A DNA stretch of 64,000 bases from Deltaproteobacteria bacterium (GTDB taxonomy: Bacteria > Desulfobacterota > GWC2-55-46 > UBA9637): the NCBI GenBank assembly GCA_030690165.1, contig JAUYHF010000014.1, forward strand, positions 34,257 through 98,256, given 5' to 3'. Position 1 is the first letter of the stretch. Each line of letters opens with the position of its first letter. The translations under genes and the position numbers were made by a program. The notes under the pieces were generated by a model that saw only the letters and a list, made by a program, of their open reading frames with translations, was not told where the DNA came from and searched no databases. Shown here one piece after another: positions 1-10,140 of this stretch.

Positions 1-1394
1 CCCTTTACATCAAAACCTGAGTCCCTTGCCTTCATTATCCCAAGCCTTGTGGAATCAATCCTGGACATTTGGCCTGCGCCGATCCCTATTGTCTGCCTGC
101 ATTTGGCAAATATTATTGCATTGCTTTTTACATGCTTGCCCACATTCCATGCAAAGAGCAGGTCTTCAAGCTGCGTATCTGTTGGCGCAAGTTTTGTTAC
201 TGTTTTTAAGTCTTGTGCGCACTCAATATCTGCTGTCTGGACAAGCAGGCCGCCGTTGACCTTTTTTAAATCATAGCCAGTAACTTCTGATATATGTGTT
301 TTGAATTCCGGTATTTCAAGAAGCCTTAAGTTTTTCTTATCCTTTAATATCTTGAGTGCATCTGCATCAAAGCCTGGTGCTGTAATAGCCTCAAGAAAGA
401 GCTGGCTCATCTCTTGCGCAGTTTTTGCATCAAGGTTTTTGTTGAAGGCAATAATACCGCCGAATGCAGACACCTTATCGCATGAAAGGGCCTTTTGATA
501 GGCATCCAAAAGGCCTTTTTTTGACATGGCAACACCACAAGGGTTGTTGTGCTTTATTATTGCACAACTCGGCTCATGAAATTCCTTGACCAGTTCAATG
601 GCTGCATTCAAATCTAAAATGTTATTGAATGAAAGCTCTTTGCCGTGCAGTTGTTTTGCATGGGCTACGCAGGGCTTTTTTTCATCCCGATTGTGCTCCA
701 TGTAAAATGCAGCCTGTTGATGAGGGTTTTCTCCATATCTTAAATCCTGAGCCTTTTTAAATTGCATGGTGAGGGTATCGGGGAATTCCTTTTTAACCAC
801 GCCGTCTTCTATCCTTCCGAGGTAATTTGAGATCGCCGCATCATACCTTGCTGTAAGCTGAAAGACCTTTTTTGCAAGATATAATCTTGTCGCCTCTGCT
901 ACTCCGCCGTTCTGTTTTTTCATCTCATCTATAATCATGCCGTAGTCGTCAGGGTCGGTTACAACAGCGACATCCTTATGATTCTTTGCTGCAGCCCTTA
1001 TCATTGTAGGGCCGCCTATGTCAATATTCTCAATAGCCTCTTCCAGTAAGCAGCCCTTTACGACAGTATCTTCAAATGCGTAGAGATTCACAACGACCAT
1101 ATCTATGGGCAATATGCCGTGCTCTTCCATCTGCTTTATATGCTCTTTATTGTCCCTTCTGCCAAGTATGCCGCCGTGGATTTTGGGATGAAGCGTCTTA
1201 AGCCTGCCGTCAAGCATCTCAGGGAAACCTGTATAATTAGATATGCCTATGACAGGCACACCGGCCTTTTTTAAAAGTTCCGCTGTCCCTCCTGTTGATA
1301 TAATCTCTACGTCTAACTTTGTGAGAGCCTTGGCAAATTCCTCAACCCCTTTTTTGTCTGTAACGCTGATAATAGCCCTTCTGATCTTTTTCAT
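1..1394 (-). CDS. purH: Bifunctional AICAR transformylase/IMP cyclohydrolase PurH. Partial: the C-terminus runs off the window start.
   Basis: My reverse-strand translation from the ATG at 1394 gives MKKIRRAIISVTDKKGVEEFAKAL...GGPTMIRAAAKNHKDVAVV..., which are classic PurH MGS-like and AICARFT motifs. No stop before position 1. Confidence 0.85.
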   Translation of the reverse strand, partial: MKKIRRAIISVTDKKGVEEFAKALTKLDVEIISTGGTAELLKKAGVPVIGISNYTGFPEMLDGRLKTLHPKIHGGILGRRDNKEHIKQMEEHGILPIDMVVVNLYAFEDTVVKGCLLEEAIENIDIGGPTMIRAAAKNHKDVAVVTDPDDYGMIIDEMKKQNGGVAEATRLYLAKKVFQLTARYDAAISNYLGRIEDGVVKKEFPDTLTMQFKKAQDLRYGENPHQQAAFYMEHNRDEKKPCVAHAKQLHGKELSFNNILDLNAAIELVKEFHEPSCAIIKHNNPCGVAMSKKGLLDAYQKALSCDKVSAFGGIIAFNKNLDAKTAQEMSQLFLEAITAPGFDADALKILKDKKNLRLLEIPEFKTHISEVTGYDLKKVNGGLLVQTADIECAQDLKTVTKLAPTDTQLEDLLFAWNVGKHVKSNAIIFAKCRQTIGIGAGQMSRIDSTRLGIMKARDSGFDVK

Positions 1395-1410
1395 GCCAAT
1401 ACCCCTAAGT

Positions 1411-2673
1411 TTAATGTTTTGGGAATTCCATCCCTTTTAAAAACTCTTTTTGAAAATGCTGACTCCCTGACAAAGAAATATGTTTTGTCTGCATGGCAAC
1501 ACCCTCCGCCTCTTTTTGCTTTTCTTCTGAACACAAGACAAGCTTTGCGCCGTCAAGCGCTGCATCGCCGACAAATGCCACCTTATCCAGCCACTCCTTT
1601 TCCAATATGCCTATTTGGGCAAGGCTTTCCTTTTTTATATTGTTTCCAAATGCGCCTGCTATGAATATCCTGTCAATGTCAAAAGGCGTTACCTGGGCCT
1701 TTTTTAAAAGGAGTTTTATGCCTGCCTGAATTGCGCCTTTTGCTAACTGAATCTCTCTGACATCATTTTGTGTAATTGTTATCTCTCTCTTCGCATCCTT
1801 GTAAAGTATAAACTCATTGCCTTGTAGGGGCGAACCTATGTGTTCGTCTATTCTATTTGCAATATTGCCTTCTACCTCATCCCTATTTTTTATCCTGCCT
1901 GATTTATCTATAATGCCAACGTTTAATAATTTTGCAATAGAATCTATTATGCCTGAGCCGCAGATGCCTTCAGGCATAACATTTCCTATCACATCCAAGA
2001 TAGCCTTATCGTTTTTAATCTCTATGCCTTGAATTGCGCCATGTTTTGCTATCAAGCCATATTTTATTGAACCACCTTCAAACGCAGGGCCTGCTGCTGT
2101 TGATGTTGCAAATATGGCTTTTTCTGAACCCAGCGCTGTTTCATTGTTGGTTCCTATGTCAATTAAAAGACTATATCCTTTTCTTTTATGTATTTCAGTT
2201 GAAAGGATGCCGGCAACAGTATCTCCCCCTATAAAACCTCCTATCAGAGGGAAGGTATAAATATATGTCTCTGGATTCACAATAAGGCCAATTGCACCAG
2301 CCCTTATTTGCTTTGCCTCTTTAAAAGCAGGTTTATACGGAACCTTTACAAGCAAGGCAGGCGATATGCCCAGGAAAAGATGTTCCATTACTGAATTGCC
2401 TGTTGCAACAACGAATTTAACATCCTGCGGATCTATCAGATTCTTTATAATCTCATTACATGCATTAACCACTGCCTCCTGCATGGATTTAAGCATCTCC
2501 GGATTATTAACCGTTGCTGCAATCCTTGAAAGCACATCCCTTCCCCATTTCATCTGGGGGTTAGGTAGAAATGCAGTCTTTTTTTCCTTGCAGCTATTTA
2601 AATCCACAAGAGAGCCGACAATTGTTGTGGTGCCTATATCAAAGGCAATGCCAGGCTTTTCCCATTTTGTCAT
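1411..2673 (-). CDS. ASKHA-superfamily ATPase of unknown function (DUF4445/RACo C-terminal-domain-like)
   Basis: 420 aa with the sugar-kinase/actin-fold phosphate motifs GIAFDIGTTTIVGSL, LIDIGTNNE, AGPAFEGG and GICGSGIID. Confidence 0.5.
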   Translation of the reverse strand: MTKWEKPGIAFDIGTTTIVGSLVDLNSCKEKKTAFLPNPQMKWGRDVLSRIAATVNNPEMLKSMQEAVVNACNEIIKNLIDPQDVKFVVATGNSVMEHLFLGISPALLVKVPYKPAFKEAKQIRAGAIGLIVNPETYIYTFPLIGGFIGGDTVAGILSTEIHKRKGYSLLIDIGTNNETALGSEKAIFATSTAAGPAFEGGSIKYGLIAKHGAIQGIEIKNDKAILDVIGNVMPEGICGSGIIDSIAKLLNVGIIDKSGRIKNRDEVEGNIANRIDEHIGSPLQGNEFILYKDAKREITITQNDVREIQLAKGAIQAGIKLLLKKAQVTPFDIDRIFIAGAFGNNIKKESLAQIGILEKEWLDKVAFVGDAALDGAKLVLCSEEKQKEAEGVAMQTKHISLSGSQHFQKEFLKGMEFPKH

Positions 2674-4175
2674 TATTTCGTTATAAGAGAACCGACGCTG
2701 CTCAAAAGGTATTTTATGTCCTCATCCTCAAAGTGGAGGCCTATGCCAACATAGGGAGAGGCAAGCTTTAATCTGCTTACAAAATCATCATATCCGGCAG
2801 CGATAAGAAAGTATTTATTCAGGTTAAGCGTCAAACCTGCCTTGAGATGCGGGTTTCTCTTTTTATCAAAGTCAAAGGCCTCGAATGTAAATATAAGGCG
2901 GTCTTTAAACATGTAGTAATCCATCCCTACCCCGCCTGTTGATTCTATGATGCCTCCTCTAATCGTTAAATCCTTAAACCGCTTTGCAACCTGCACGCTG
3001 AATTTAAGGCTGTCCGAGGTCTTAAGCTCTTTTGTAGTGGTAGTGGTTGTTCCTACCGTGGTTTCCGTGGTCTCAGTCCTTCTCTTTCCCCTTGGGTCGT
3101 CTATTGCCTCTATAAGGTAATATTTATCCGCCTTTGGCTGGAGCTTAAGGGAAAGATAGGTCTTTGTGTCGCTTGCGTCAAAAAGATATTCACCCCTGTA
3201 GCCTATAAACGTTTTGAAAGACTCAACCCTGCCGAGATAGCTGTTTATGCCTGTCAGGGTCTTGTTAAAATTGTCATGGACTGATGTGTCATTTATAAGT
3301 TTGCCGAGGGTCCCCTCGCCCTTATCTATTTTTTTGACAATGCTGTTTATACTGTTTACAGAGTCGTCTATTTTCGGTTCAACATTCTTTGCAAGCCGGT
3401 TTATTGTGTCCATAGTCTCGCCTAATTTTTGGGTCGCTGACTTTAGATTGCCGAAACCGTCTTTTAGTGTGTCTTTATTCTCCGCGATCACCTGATTCAG
3501 ATTATCCGCCACTTCCTTTAACCCCTTAAGTATATCAGGCCCTCTTCCTTTTAAGTCCTCAGAAAACACCTCAAAATTACTTACTATCCTTCCAAACTTT
3601 TCATCATTGGTTTTTACCACCCTGTTAATTCGGTCGGTAATCTCCTCTATGTTGACCACAATCTTTTTCAGCGATGCCTGCCCTTCGCTTCCCCCCAATA
3701 CATTGCCAATGGATTCGGTCGCCTTTTTAATATCAGCGGCTGCATCGCCTAAAATGCCTATAAGCTTGTCTATGTCTGTATATGTGGTTATTCTTGTAAG
3801 TTCCCCGCCATGCTCTAATGAGGGGGCATTAGGAGAGCCGGGTACAAGCTCAACATATCTCTCGCCAAGAAGCCCCTTTGTCTTTAATATAGCAGTGAAA
3901 TCCTTGCCTATCTTTACATCAGGTTTTATTCTTAATGTCACCTTGGCCTTGTTATTCTGCAGGGCAATATCCTTTATCCTGCCAATCTCCACACCAGCCA
4001 CCCGTACAGAGGCATCCTTGTCAAGGCCTGCCGCGGAGTCAAATCTTATAGATATTTCATAGCCCTCTTCTCTTCCAAATTGTATTCCACCAACGCGGAG
4101 AGACATGTAGACAAGGAGTATTATCCCTATAAGAACAAATATGCCTACCCTTGCCTCTGGGCTTAACTTTAGCAT
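2673..4175 (-). CDS. mlaD: MCE/MlaD-family substrate-binding protein of an Mla-type ABC transporter. Long C-terminal extension.
   Basis: N-terminal TM helix followed by an Mce domain (RVGIFVLIGIILL...VRVAGVEIGRIKDI). Adjacent to an ABC ATPase and permease. Confidence 0.7.
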   Translation of the reverse strand: MLKLSPEARVGIFVLIGIILLVYMSLRVGGIQFGREEGYEISIRFDSAAGLDKDASVRVAGVEIGRIKDIALQNNKAKVTLRIKPDVKIGKDFTAILKTKGLLGERYVELVPGSPNAPSLEHGGELTRITTYTDIDKLIGILGDAAADIKKATESIGNVLGGSEGQASLKKIVVNIEEITDRINRVVKTNDEKFGRIVSNFEVFSEDLKGRGPDILKGLKEVADNLNQVIAENKDTLKDGFGNLKSATQKLGETMDTINRLAKNVEPKIDDSVNSINSIVKKIDKGEGTLGKLINDTSVHDNFNKTLTGINSYLGRVESFKTFIGYRGEYLFDASDTKTYLSLKLQPKADKYYLIEAIDDPRGKRRTETTETTVGTTTTTTKELKTSDSLKFSVQVAKRFKDLTIRGGIIESTGGVGMDYYMFKDRLIFTFEAFDFDKKRNPHLKAGLTLNLNKYFLIAAGYDDFVSRLKLASPYVGIGLHFEDEDIKYLLSSVGSLITK

Positions 4176-4176
4176 A

Positions 4177-4923
4177 TCACATTACCTTTATCGGGCCTTC
4201 TGCCCTTCCTTCTAAAAACTGTCTTAATATCGGGTTTTGGCAATTTTTCATATAATCCACAGCGCCTTGCTCCACAATCTTTCCCTCATGAAGCATGGCA
4301 ATCTTGTCCGCTATCTTATAGGTTAATGGTATATCGTGGGTTATAACAATATAGGTTGTTTTTAAATCCCTTTGTGTATCAAGTATAAGGGTTGCAATAT
4401 TATCAGACATGACAGGGTCGAGGCCTGTTGTAGGCTCATCAAAAAGGACTATCTCGGGGTCCATTGCAATAGCCCTTGCAAGACCTACCCTCTTTTTCAT
4501 GCCGCCGCTTAAGTCCGCAGGCATCATATTTTCAATATCCTTGAGCCCAACCTTTCTGAGTTTTTCCTTAACAATCTTTTTTAAATCAGTCTCAGGCATC
4601 TCTGTATGCTCCCTTAATGGGAATGCCACATTTTCTCCCACTGTCATGGAATCAAACAGCGCTGCGCCCTGAAAAAGCATGCCGAACCTTCTCCGCACCT
4701 CATTCAGTTCCCTTTCAGTCATCTTTGTAATATCCTGGCCGTCAAGGAGTATCTCGCCGGAGTCGGGCCGCAATAAGCCTATTATATGTTTTATAAGAAC
4801 ACTCTTCCCCTCGCCGCTCCTTCCGATTATAACTGTTATCCGCCCCTTTTCTATCTCCAGATTTGTGTCGTCAAGAACCTTTTTGCTGTTAAAGGATTTT
4901 TTTAGGTCAATTATCTGTATCAT
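4177..4923 (-). CDS. mlaF: ABC transporter ATP-binding protein (MlaF-like)
   Basis: Walker A GRSGEGKS, ABC signature LSGGMKKRV, Walker B IVLFDEPTTGLD. Confidence 0.8.
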   Translation of the reverse strand: MIQIIDLKKSFNSKKVLDDTNLEIEKGRITVIIGRSGEGKSVLIKHIIGLLRPDSGEILLDGQDITKMTERELNEVRRRFGMLFQGAALFDSMTVGENVAFPLREHTEMPETDLKKIVKEKLRKVGLKDIENMMPADLSGGMKKRVGLARAIAMDPEIVLFDEPTTGLDPVMSDNIATLILDTQRDLKTTYIVITHDIPLTYKIADKIAMLHEGKIVEQGAVDYMKNCQNPILRQFLEGRAEGPIKVM

Positions 4924-4995
4924 AAATCAAAGTCACCAAGTTACCAGTCTTCTGCGGTAACCTGTGACAGGTGTCTGGTGAGATGGTGTCATTTT

Positions 4996-5766
4996 TTAAA
5001 GCATCACGGATGTGAGAAAATAATCAGAAATGAGTATCGTCACACATCCGAGAACAACTGATTTTGTGGCAGACTCACCCACACCAGCAGCGCCGCCGAC
5101 AGTATTAAAACCGTGATAGCAGGCTGCAAGAGAGAGTATAAGACCAAAGACAGAGGCCTTTATAAGGCCGTCAAAGATATCCTGCGGTTTTACAAAATCT
5201 ACGGTCCGCCCTATGTAAACACCGGAGTTTATGCCGAGCATCTTAACGCCCACAAAATACCCCCCCAGCACCCCGACGAAGTCAGTAATAACAGCAAGCA
5301 CCGGCAGCATAAGCACCCCTGCCAAAATCCTGGGAGAGACAAGATATTTTATGGGATTTACAGCCATTGTATAAAGGGCGTCTATCTGTTCTGTAACCCT
5401 CATTGTGCCCAATTCAGTAGCCATTGCAGAGCCTGCCCTGCCTGTAACCATAAGCCCTGTTAAAACAGGTCCAAGCTCCCTTGCCATGCTCAGAGCAACA
5501 GTGGGGCCGACAAGGCTTTCTGCCCCAAACCTTTTCAAGGCATTGTAGCTTTGAAGGGCCAGAACAGCGCCTGTGAATGCGCCTGTAAGTATAACCACAA
5601 ATAAGCTTTTTACGCCCACAAACTCCATCTGTCTAAAGATGTTCCTTAGTTTTAACGGCGGGACAAACATCCATGCCGCAGCATGAAACAACATGAGGGC
5701 CATCCCGCCTGCTAAGTTTACTACCCTGCCTGCCCATTTGCCAAGACCTTCAAAGAATTCTCTCAT
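4996..5766 (-). CDS. mlaE: ABC transporter permease (MlaE-like)
   Basis: 256-aa polytopic membrane protein with MlaE-like conserved C-terminus. Operon context with mlaF/mlaD. Confidence 0.7.
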   Translation of the reverse strand: MREFFEGLGKWAGRVVNLAGGMALMLFHAAAWMFVPPLKLRNIFRQMEFVGVKSLFVVILTGAFTGAVLALQSYNALKRFGAESLVGPTVALSMARELGPVLTGLMVTGRAGSAMATELGTMRVTEQIDALYTMAVNPIKYLVSPRILAGVLMLPVLAVITDFVGVLGGYFVGVKMLGINSGVYIGRTVDFVKPQDIFDGLIKASVFGLILSLAACYHGFNTVGGAAGVGESATKSVVLGCVTILISDYFLTSVML

Positions 5767-6896
5767 ATATATATTCTCGGAACCCTGCTTGTTATCCCAC
5801 AGAGTATTTCATAAGATATAGCGCCTGCCTTTTCTGCGAGTTCATCTACAGTAATCTTGTCATCACCTTGTTTTCCTATGAGAACTGCTTCATCCCCTTG
5901 CTCTACGCCTTTTATGTGGGTAACATCCAGCATTGTAATATCCATGCATATTGCTCCGGCCACCTTTGCCCGCTGGCCCCTTATCAAAACCTCTCCTTTA
6001 TTAGAAAGGGAGCGGGGATAACCGTCTCCATAACCGATAGGTATTGCGGCTACGATGCTGTCTTTTTTAGTTATGTATTTTCTTCCGTAACTTACGGAAA
6101 AACCCTTTGGCGCCTGTTTAATATGAACTATCTGCGTAACGAGTCTCAGGGCCGGCTTAAGGTCTATCTTTCCAATCATGTGCCCGGCTGGGTATGCGCC
6201 GTAAAGCATAATGCCGGGTCTGACCAGATTGAAGTGTGAATCCGCATGTTTTACAATTGCGGCGCTGTTTGAGATATGTATTAACCTCGGATTAAATCCA
6301 ATATCATGGACAGCCTTTATTATCCTCAGGAAAAGATTTAACTGTTCTGTTGAAAACTCTTTATCTTCCTCATCTGCCTCCGCGAAATGGGAAAGAATGC
6401 CGTCCACCTCCAGATTGGCAAGCCCTTTAATGGTTTTAAAAAACGGCGACACCTGATAAGAAAGCAGTCCGAGCCTCCCCATACCGGTGTCAATCTTTAT
6501 ATGAACCTTAATCCGTTTTCCAGTTTTGCCTGCAAGGGTATCTATTATCCTTGCCGTCTCTATATCAAATATCACCGGCGTCAGATCATATTCTATGACA
6601 TCCCTGATCTGATTCGGATAAATGCCGCCGAGAATAATGACGGCCGATTTAACGCCAGCCTCTCTTAACTCTACCCCTTCTTCACACATGGCAACGGCAA
6701 AGAAATTGCACCCAGCATGTTCCAGGGTTTTTGCTACTTCTACAGCGCCATGGCCATAGGCATTTGCCTTGACCACTGCAAGCATCTCCACATCTTTTGC
6801 AATATTTTTTTTTAACTCAAAGTAATTTGATTTAATAGCAGCCCTGTCTACAATGGCTAATGTTGGCCTTCTTTCCAATATATCCAATCCTTTCAC
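5763..6896 (-). CDS. alr: Alanine racemase
   Basis: PLP-site motif AVVKANAYGHG near the N-terminus. Typical ~377 aa length. Located upstream of the cell-wall genes. Confidence 0.8.
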   Translation of the reverse strand: MKGLDILERRPTLAIVDRAAIKSNYFELKKNIAKDVEMLAVVKANAYGHGAVEVAKTLEHAGCNFFAVAMCEEGVELREAGVKSAVIILGGIYPNQIRDVIEYDLTPVIFDIETARIIDTLAGKTGKRIKVHIKIDTGMGRLGLLSYQVSPFFKTIKGLANLEVDGILSHFAEADEEDKEFSTEQLNLFLRIIKAVHDIGFNPRLIHISNSAAIVKHADSHFNLVRPGIMLYGAYPAGHMIGKIDLKPALRLVTQIVHIKQAPKGFSVSYGRKYITKKDSIVAAIPIGYGDGYPRSLSNKGEVLIRGQRAKVAGAICMDITMLDVTHIKGVEQGDEAVLIGKQGDDKITVDELAEKAGAISYEILCGITSRVPRIYI

Positions 6897-7015
6897 AGGT
6901 TACAGGCTATTTAATACCTTATTCGGCCGATAGTGTAAAGTAAAATTTGATAGGATTTGGTATGCCCCCATGGTCATCGGGGCGATATAAATTGGGAAGT
7001 GGGAATTGGGAAGTA

Positions 7016-7858
7016 TTATCCTGCACTCTTGGCTAATGCCTGAAGTTCTTTCCTTTGTTTCAGTTTTTTAATAGCCGCGTTTTCTATCTGTCTTACCCTT
7101 TCCCTTGTTATCCCAAGCCCGTCTCCTATCTCCTGCAGAGTTAAGGAAGGCTCGGCTATAAACCTGTTTTCTATAACATATCGTTCTTTTTCTTTTAGGG
7201 CTGAAAGGGCATTTGATATTTTATCTTTTACAATACTGTCTTCCTGGCCGACAAGGGCAGTATCTTCCGGGTTATATGATGTATCAGGAAGCATATCAAG
7301 ATATGTAACATCGTCTTCTCCAATCTCGTTGTCAAGAGATAGGTCGCGACATTCCGCATCTTCTGATGGCAAATTCCCAATCCCCGGTTCTGACTCTTGA
7401 CTCCTGTATTCTGACTCCTGACTTCTTTCATTATTCCTCTCAAGTTGATAAAAAAGTTTCTTTTTAAGGTTGACTGCGCCTTTACTAACAAGACTCCAGT
7501 TCTTTAATATAAATGCCTGGATATGAGACCTTATCCACCAAACCGCATAGGTGATGAGGCGATAACCCTTGAACGGGTCAAATTTCTTTACCGCCTTCAT
7601 CAGTCCGATATTACCCTCCTGGATGAGGTCGGCCAGCCTTAACCCATAGTTCCTGTATCCCATAGCAATCTTTACAACAAATCTTAAGTTTGAGGTTATG
7701 AGCTTATGGGCAGCATCAATATCATTCTGTTCCCTGAAACGGACAGCAAGCGCAAACTCCTCATCTTTTGACAGGAGAGGAAATCTGTTTATCTGGACAA
7801 GATATGGTTGAAGATAATTGGATAATATAAGTTGTGTCATAAAAAAGTCACACGTCAC
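7016..7858 (-). CDS. rpoH: RNA polymerase sigma-70-family factor, RpoH-like
   Basis: Region 2 (DLIQEGNIGLMKAVKKFDP...YAVWWIR), an RpoH-box-like KKKLFYQLER, and a region 4 HTH (LQEIGDGLGITRERVRQIE). Contains an in-frame heptamer-repeat insert (SEYRSQESEPG). Confidence 0.7.
   Translation of the reverse strand: MTCDFFMTQLILSNYLQPYLVQINRFPLLSKDEEFALAVRFREQNDIDAAHKLITSNLRFVVKIAMGYRNYGLRLADLIQEGNIGLMKAVKKFDPFKGYRLITYAVWWIRSHIQAFILKNWSLVSKGAVNLKKKLFYQLERNNERSQESEYRSQESEPGIGNLPSEDAECRDLSLDNEIGEDDVTYLDMLPDTSYNPEDTALVGQEDSIVKDKISNALSALKEKERYVIENRFIAEPSLTLQEIGDGLGITRERVRQIENAAIKKLKQRKELQALAKSAG
7388..7425. repeat. In-frame tandem heptamer tract (TGACTCC-like units) inside rpoH
   Basis: The sequence ttctgactcttgactcctgtattctgactcctgacttc encodes the low-complexity peptide ...ESEYRSQESE... 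Confidence 0.6.
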
Positions 7859-7925
7859 AAGTGATTACGTCACCAGTCATAACCAGTCATAAGTGACAAG
7901 TTACTTGTGACTGGTGACTATGGTT
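7859..7925. repeat. Imperfect palindromic element between atpE 3' end and rpoH 5' end
   Basis: cgtcaccagtcataaccagtcataagtgacaagttacttgtgactggtgac. The arms are reverse complements (gtcaccagtca / tgactggtgac). Confidence 0.6.
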
Positions 7926-7939
7926 TGTAGACTGGATTA

Positions 7940-8305
7940 TTACCCAGCTATTACATATTTAATAAGCGGGTTTGCATACAACAGAATCAATGCAATGACC
8001 AGGACATATATGGCCAGCGATTCTATCATGGCCAAGCCTACCAGCATTGTGGTTAGTATCTGTCCGGATGCTCCGGGATTCCTTGCTATACCTTCCAACG
8101 CGCTTTTAAGGGCATTACTTTGTGCAAAAGCAGCTCCAATGGCAGCGATGGCCATTCCAAACCCGGCAACTAGGACAACCACTATAAAGAATGTAGTGTT
8201 GCCGCCACCGGATGACCTTATCCCTTCTTCAGCAGCCATTACAACCGGAGAATAGCCTGCAAGGAAAACGATTGCAATGACAACTGTTAATAGTATTTTT
8301 TTCAT
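7940..8305 (-). CDS. atpE: F0 ATP synthase subunit c with an N-terminal extension/signal-like segment
   Basis: C-terminal two-helix proteolipid with [23 protein letters not shown]...[23 protein letters not shown]. Confidence 0.8.
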   Translation of the reverse strand: MKKILLTVVIAIVFLAGYSPVVMAAEEGIRSSGGGNTTFFIVVVLVAGFGMAIAAIGAAFAQSNALKSALEGIARNPGASGQILTTMLVGLAMIESLAIYVLVIALILLYANPLIKYVIAG

Positions 8306-8403
8306 ATTTACCTCCTTTCTATTAAATTAGTGTTGAGCTGTGAGTGTTAAGTGTTGGGTTTTTTACTTAACACTTTTCACTAATCACTTAACACTGCATT
8401 GTA
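8306..8403. repeat. Palindromic intercistronic element between atpB and atpE
   Basis: gtgttgagctgtgagtgttaagtgttggg...cttaacacttttcactaatcacttaacac. gtgttaagtg and cacttaacac are reverse complements. Confidence 0.55.
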
Positions 8404-9060
8404 CTAATGCTCTTCTTCCAGCGCCCCTCCGATATACATCGTTGCGAGCAAAGAAAATATGAATGCCTGTATAAAGCTCACCAGGATGCCTAACATCTGA
8501 ACCGGCACCGGCACAAAGAAAGGGGCCAGGAGCATCAGGATCCCGATAATCAATTCGTGTCCCATCATATTCCCAAAAAGACGCAGGGATAATGACACAG
8601 GTCTGAACAGATGGCCGAGGACCTCAATGGGTATCATTAACGGCGCAAGCCACCACACTGGACCCACAAAGCGTTTGATATACTTCAGCCCATGCTCTTT
8701 GATGCCGATTATGTGTGTTGCAAAAAAAACAACCAGTGCCAAGCCTGCCGTAGTGTTTAGATTCGCTGTGGGTGGCAGCAGACCCGGTATCAAACCTATG
8801 AGGTTCGAAATGAGGATATACAAACCCAACGTTGCAATAAACGGAAAATATTTTTTGCCGTGATGCCCCATTGTCTCTTCCACTAAATTTTTAATGCCTT
8901 CAAGCAAAAGCTCCACAATGCTCTGAGCAGTATTGTTAGGAACCAGGGTTAATCTTTTTGAGACAAAATAGCTGAACAGACCAAGGCATAAAATGATATA
9001 AAACATCATTGCTGTATGAGCTTGCAAGCCGAATAATGGAAGTATTATTTGCGGATGCAT
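8404..9060 (-). CDS. atpB: F0 ATP synthase subunit a
   Basis: 218-aa polytopic protein carrying the conserved subunit-a motif [13 protein letters not shown]. Confidence 0.8.
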   Translation of the reverse strand: MHPQIILPLFGLQAHTAMMFYIILCLGLFSYFVSKRLTLVPNNTAQSIVELLLEGIKNLVEETMGHHGKKYFPFIATLGLYILISNLIGLIPGLLPPTANLNTTAGLALVVFFATHIIGIKEHGLKYIKRFVGPVWWLAPLMIPIEVLGHLFRPVSLSLRLFGNMMGHELIIGILMLLAPFFVPVPVQMLGILVSFIQAFIFSLLATMYIGGALEEEH

Positions 9061-9061
9061 A

Positions 9062-9520
9062 TCAGGCTGCCTCCTTTCTCTGCTTAATGCCCCTGCTTAC
9101 TACCACTGGGGCAGGCTCTGTAGGGACATGTTTTGAAAAATATATCGCAGCTAAAAGTGTAGTTATTATTATTATGCTAAAACCTATAATAAGCCCCACA
9201 GGGTCAGCGAGATTTTTTGAAACCAGTATGCCTATGATAAAAATGGTTGCAATAAACCTTATATAATACCTTGTTATAACAAACCGCTGTGCATTGTCAG
9301 GCTTGAATAAAAAACCGCTTTTTACAGTCCGCGCCAATATAGAGAGATTTGCCATGCCAATGACAGTTCCGATAATAACACTTAAAACCATAAAAGTTGA
9401 GCTAACAATCGCAGTAATAATAAAGGCAATCGCAGAGATAATTAAATTTGCCCTTCCCACCTTTACAAACAGAGGATGAAGTATATCAAAATTAATCTGC
9501 TGAATGGCGTTAGTAACCAT
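9062..9520 (-). CDS. atpI: Putative ATP synthase protein I (AtpI-like membrane protein)
   Basis: 152-aa four-helix hydrophobic protein immediately upstream of atpB in the operon. Confidence 0.4.
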   Translation of the reverse strand: MVTNAIQQINFDILHPLFVKVGRANLIISAIAFIITAIVSSTFMVLSVIIGTVIGMANLSILARTVKSGFLFKPDNAQRFVITRYYIRFIATIFIIGILVSKNLADPVGLIIGFSIIIITTLLAAIYFSKHVPTEPAPVVVSRGIKQRKEAA

Positions 9521-9725
9521 ACTTCTTTATCAATGTATAGATATTTCTAAATCCTGCTACTATACCAATTATCAGGAATATTATTGTAAACCACGGGTCG
9601 GTAGAAAATACCCTGTCTAAATAAACACCTATATAGAGCCCTACAAAGGTGGCAACCACCATGGATATGCCAAGGGAGGACAGCCATGTCACCTTTTTAA
9701 GGAAGCCCTCATTCTTTTCTTCCAT
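9510..9725 (-). CDS. atpZ: AtpZ-family small membrane protein (putative F0F1-ATPase-associated subunit)
   Basis: 71 aa, two TM helices, with the motif ...GVYLDRVFSTDPWFTIIFLIIGIVAGFRNIY typical of the AtpZ family. First gene of the atp gene run. Confidence 0.5.
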   Translation of the reverse strand: MEEKNEGFLKKVTWLSSLGISMVVATFVGLYIGVYLDRVFSTDPWFTIIFLIIGIVAGFRNIYTLIKKYGY

Positions 9726-9820
9726 GTCTTCCTAAAAAAGAAGTTACTTCTAACATGGATTAAAATTTAAGTCAATATTTTTTATTCCCTTTTCCCCTGG
9801 CAATAAACAGTTCAATATCC

Positions 9821-9907
9821 TGGTGCCGGAGGGGGGAATCGAACCCCCATGAGGTTGCCCTCGCGGGATTTTGAGTCCCGTGCGTCTACCAATTTCACCA
9901 CTCCGGC
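9821..9907 (-). tRNA. tRNA-Leu (anticodon CAA), type II with long variable arm, CCA encoded
   Basis: Reverse complement is GCCGGAGTGGTGAAATTGGTAGACGCACGGGACTCAAAATCCCGCGAGGGCAACCTCATGGGGGTTCGATTCCCCCTCCGGCACCA. The acceptor stem, D-loop, anticodon loop CTCAAAA and T-arm GGTTCGATTCC are all recognisable. Confidence 0.85.
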
Positions 9908-10027
9908 ATATTTGTTTTTAAACCTAACATAAGGATATTTTATCTGTCAAGGATAAATCATTTATAGGGTTACAAATTTATAAAATTTGGCAATGCAAAA
10001 ATTTGGTTAAAATCTGTTAAATTTCTC

Positions 10028-10056
10028 TTGACAAACTTTTAGAGCAGGACTATAGT
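10028..10056 (+). promoter_or_regulatory. Sigma70-type promoter of the mraZ/dcw operon
   Basis: TTGACA (10028-10033), a 17-nt spacer, then TATAGT (10051-10056). Located ~85 nt upstream of the mraZ start. Confidence 0.6.
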
Positions 10057-10064
10057 TTATGCCA

Positions 10065-10093
10065 AGTGGGATAAAGTGGAATAAAGTGGAATA
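10065..10093 (+). promoter_or_regulatory. Putative MraZ operator: three 10-bp-phased direct repeats (AAGTGGGAT / AAAGTGGAAT / AAAGTGGAAT)
   Basis: Direct repeats with a GTGG core at 10-bp phasing, immediately downstream of the -10. This matches the known MraZ-box architecture (phased GTGG-containing repeats). Confidence 0.5.
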
Positions 10094-10140
10094 TCACCAC
10101 ACCAAGGATTTTGGTGGGGGGGAAAGAAAGGGGATAGACT

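Noticed and set aside
26-1393. Several plus-strand ORFs of 65-77 aa at the window start
   Set aside because: They lie antisense to, or in alternative frames of, the purH coding sequence, which is continuous and highly conserved on the minus strand.
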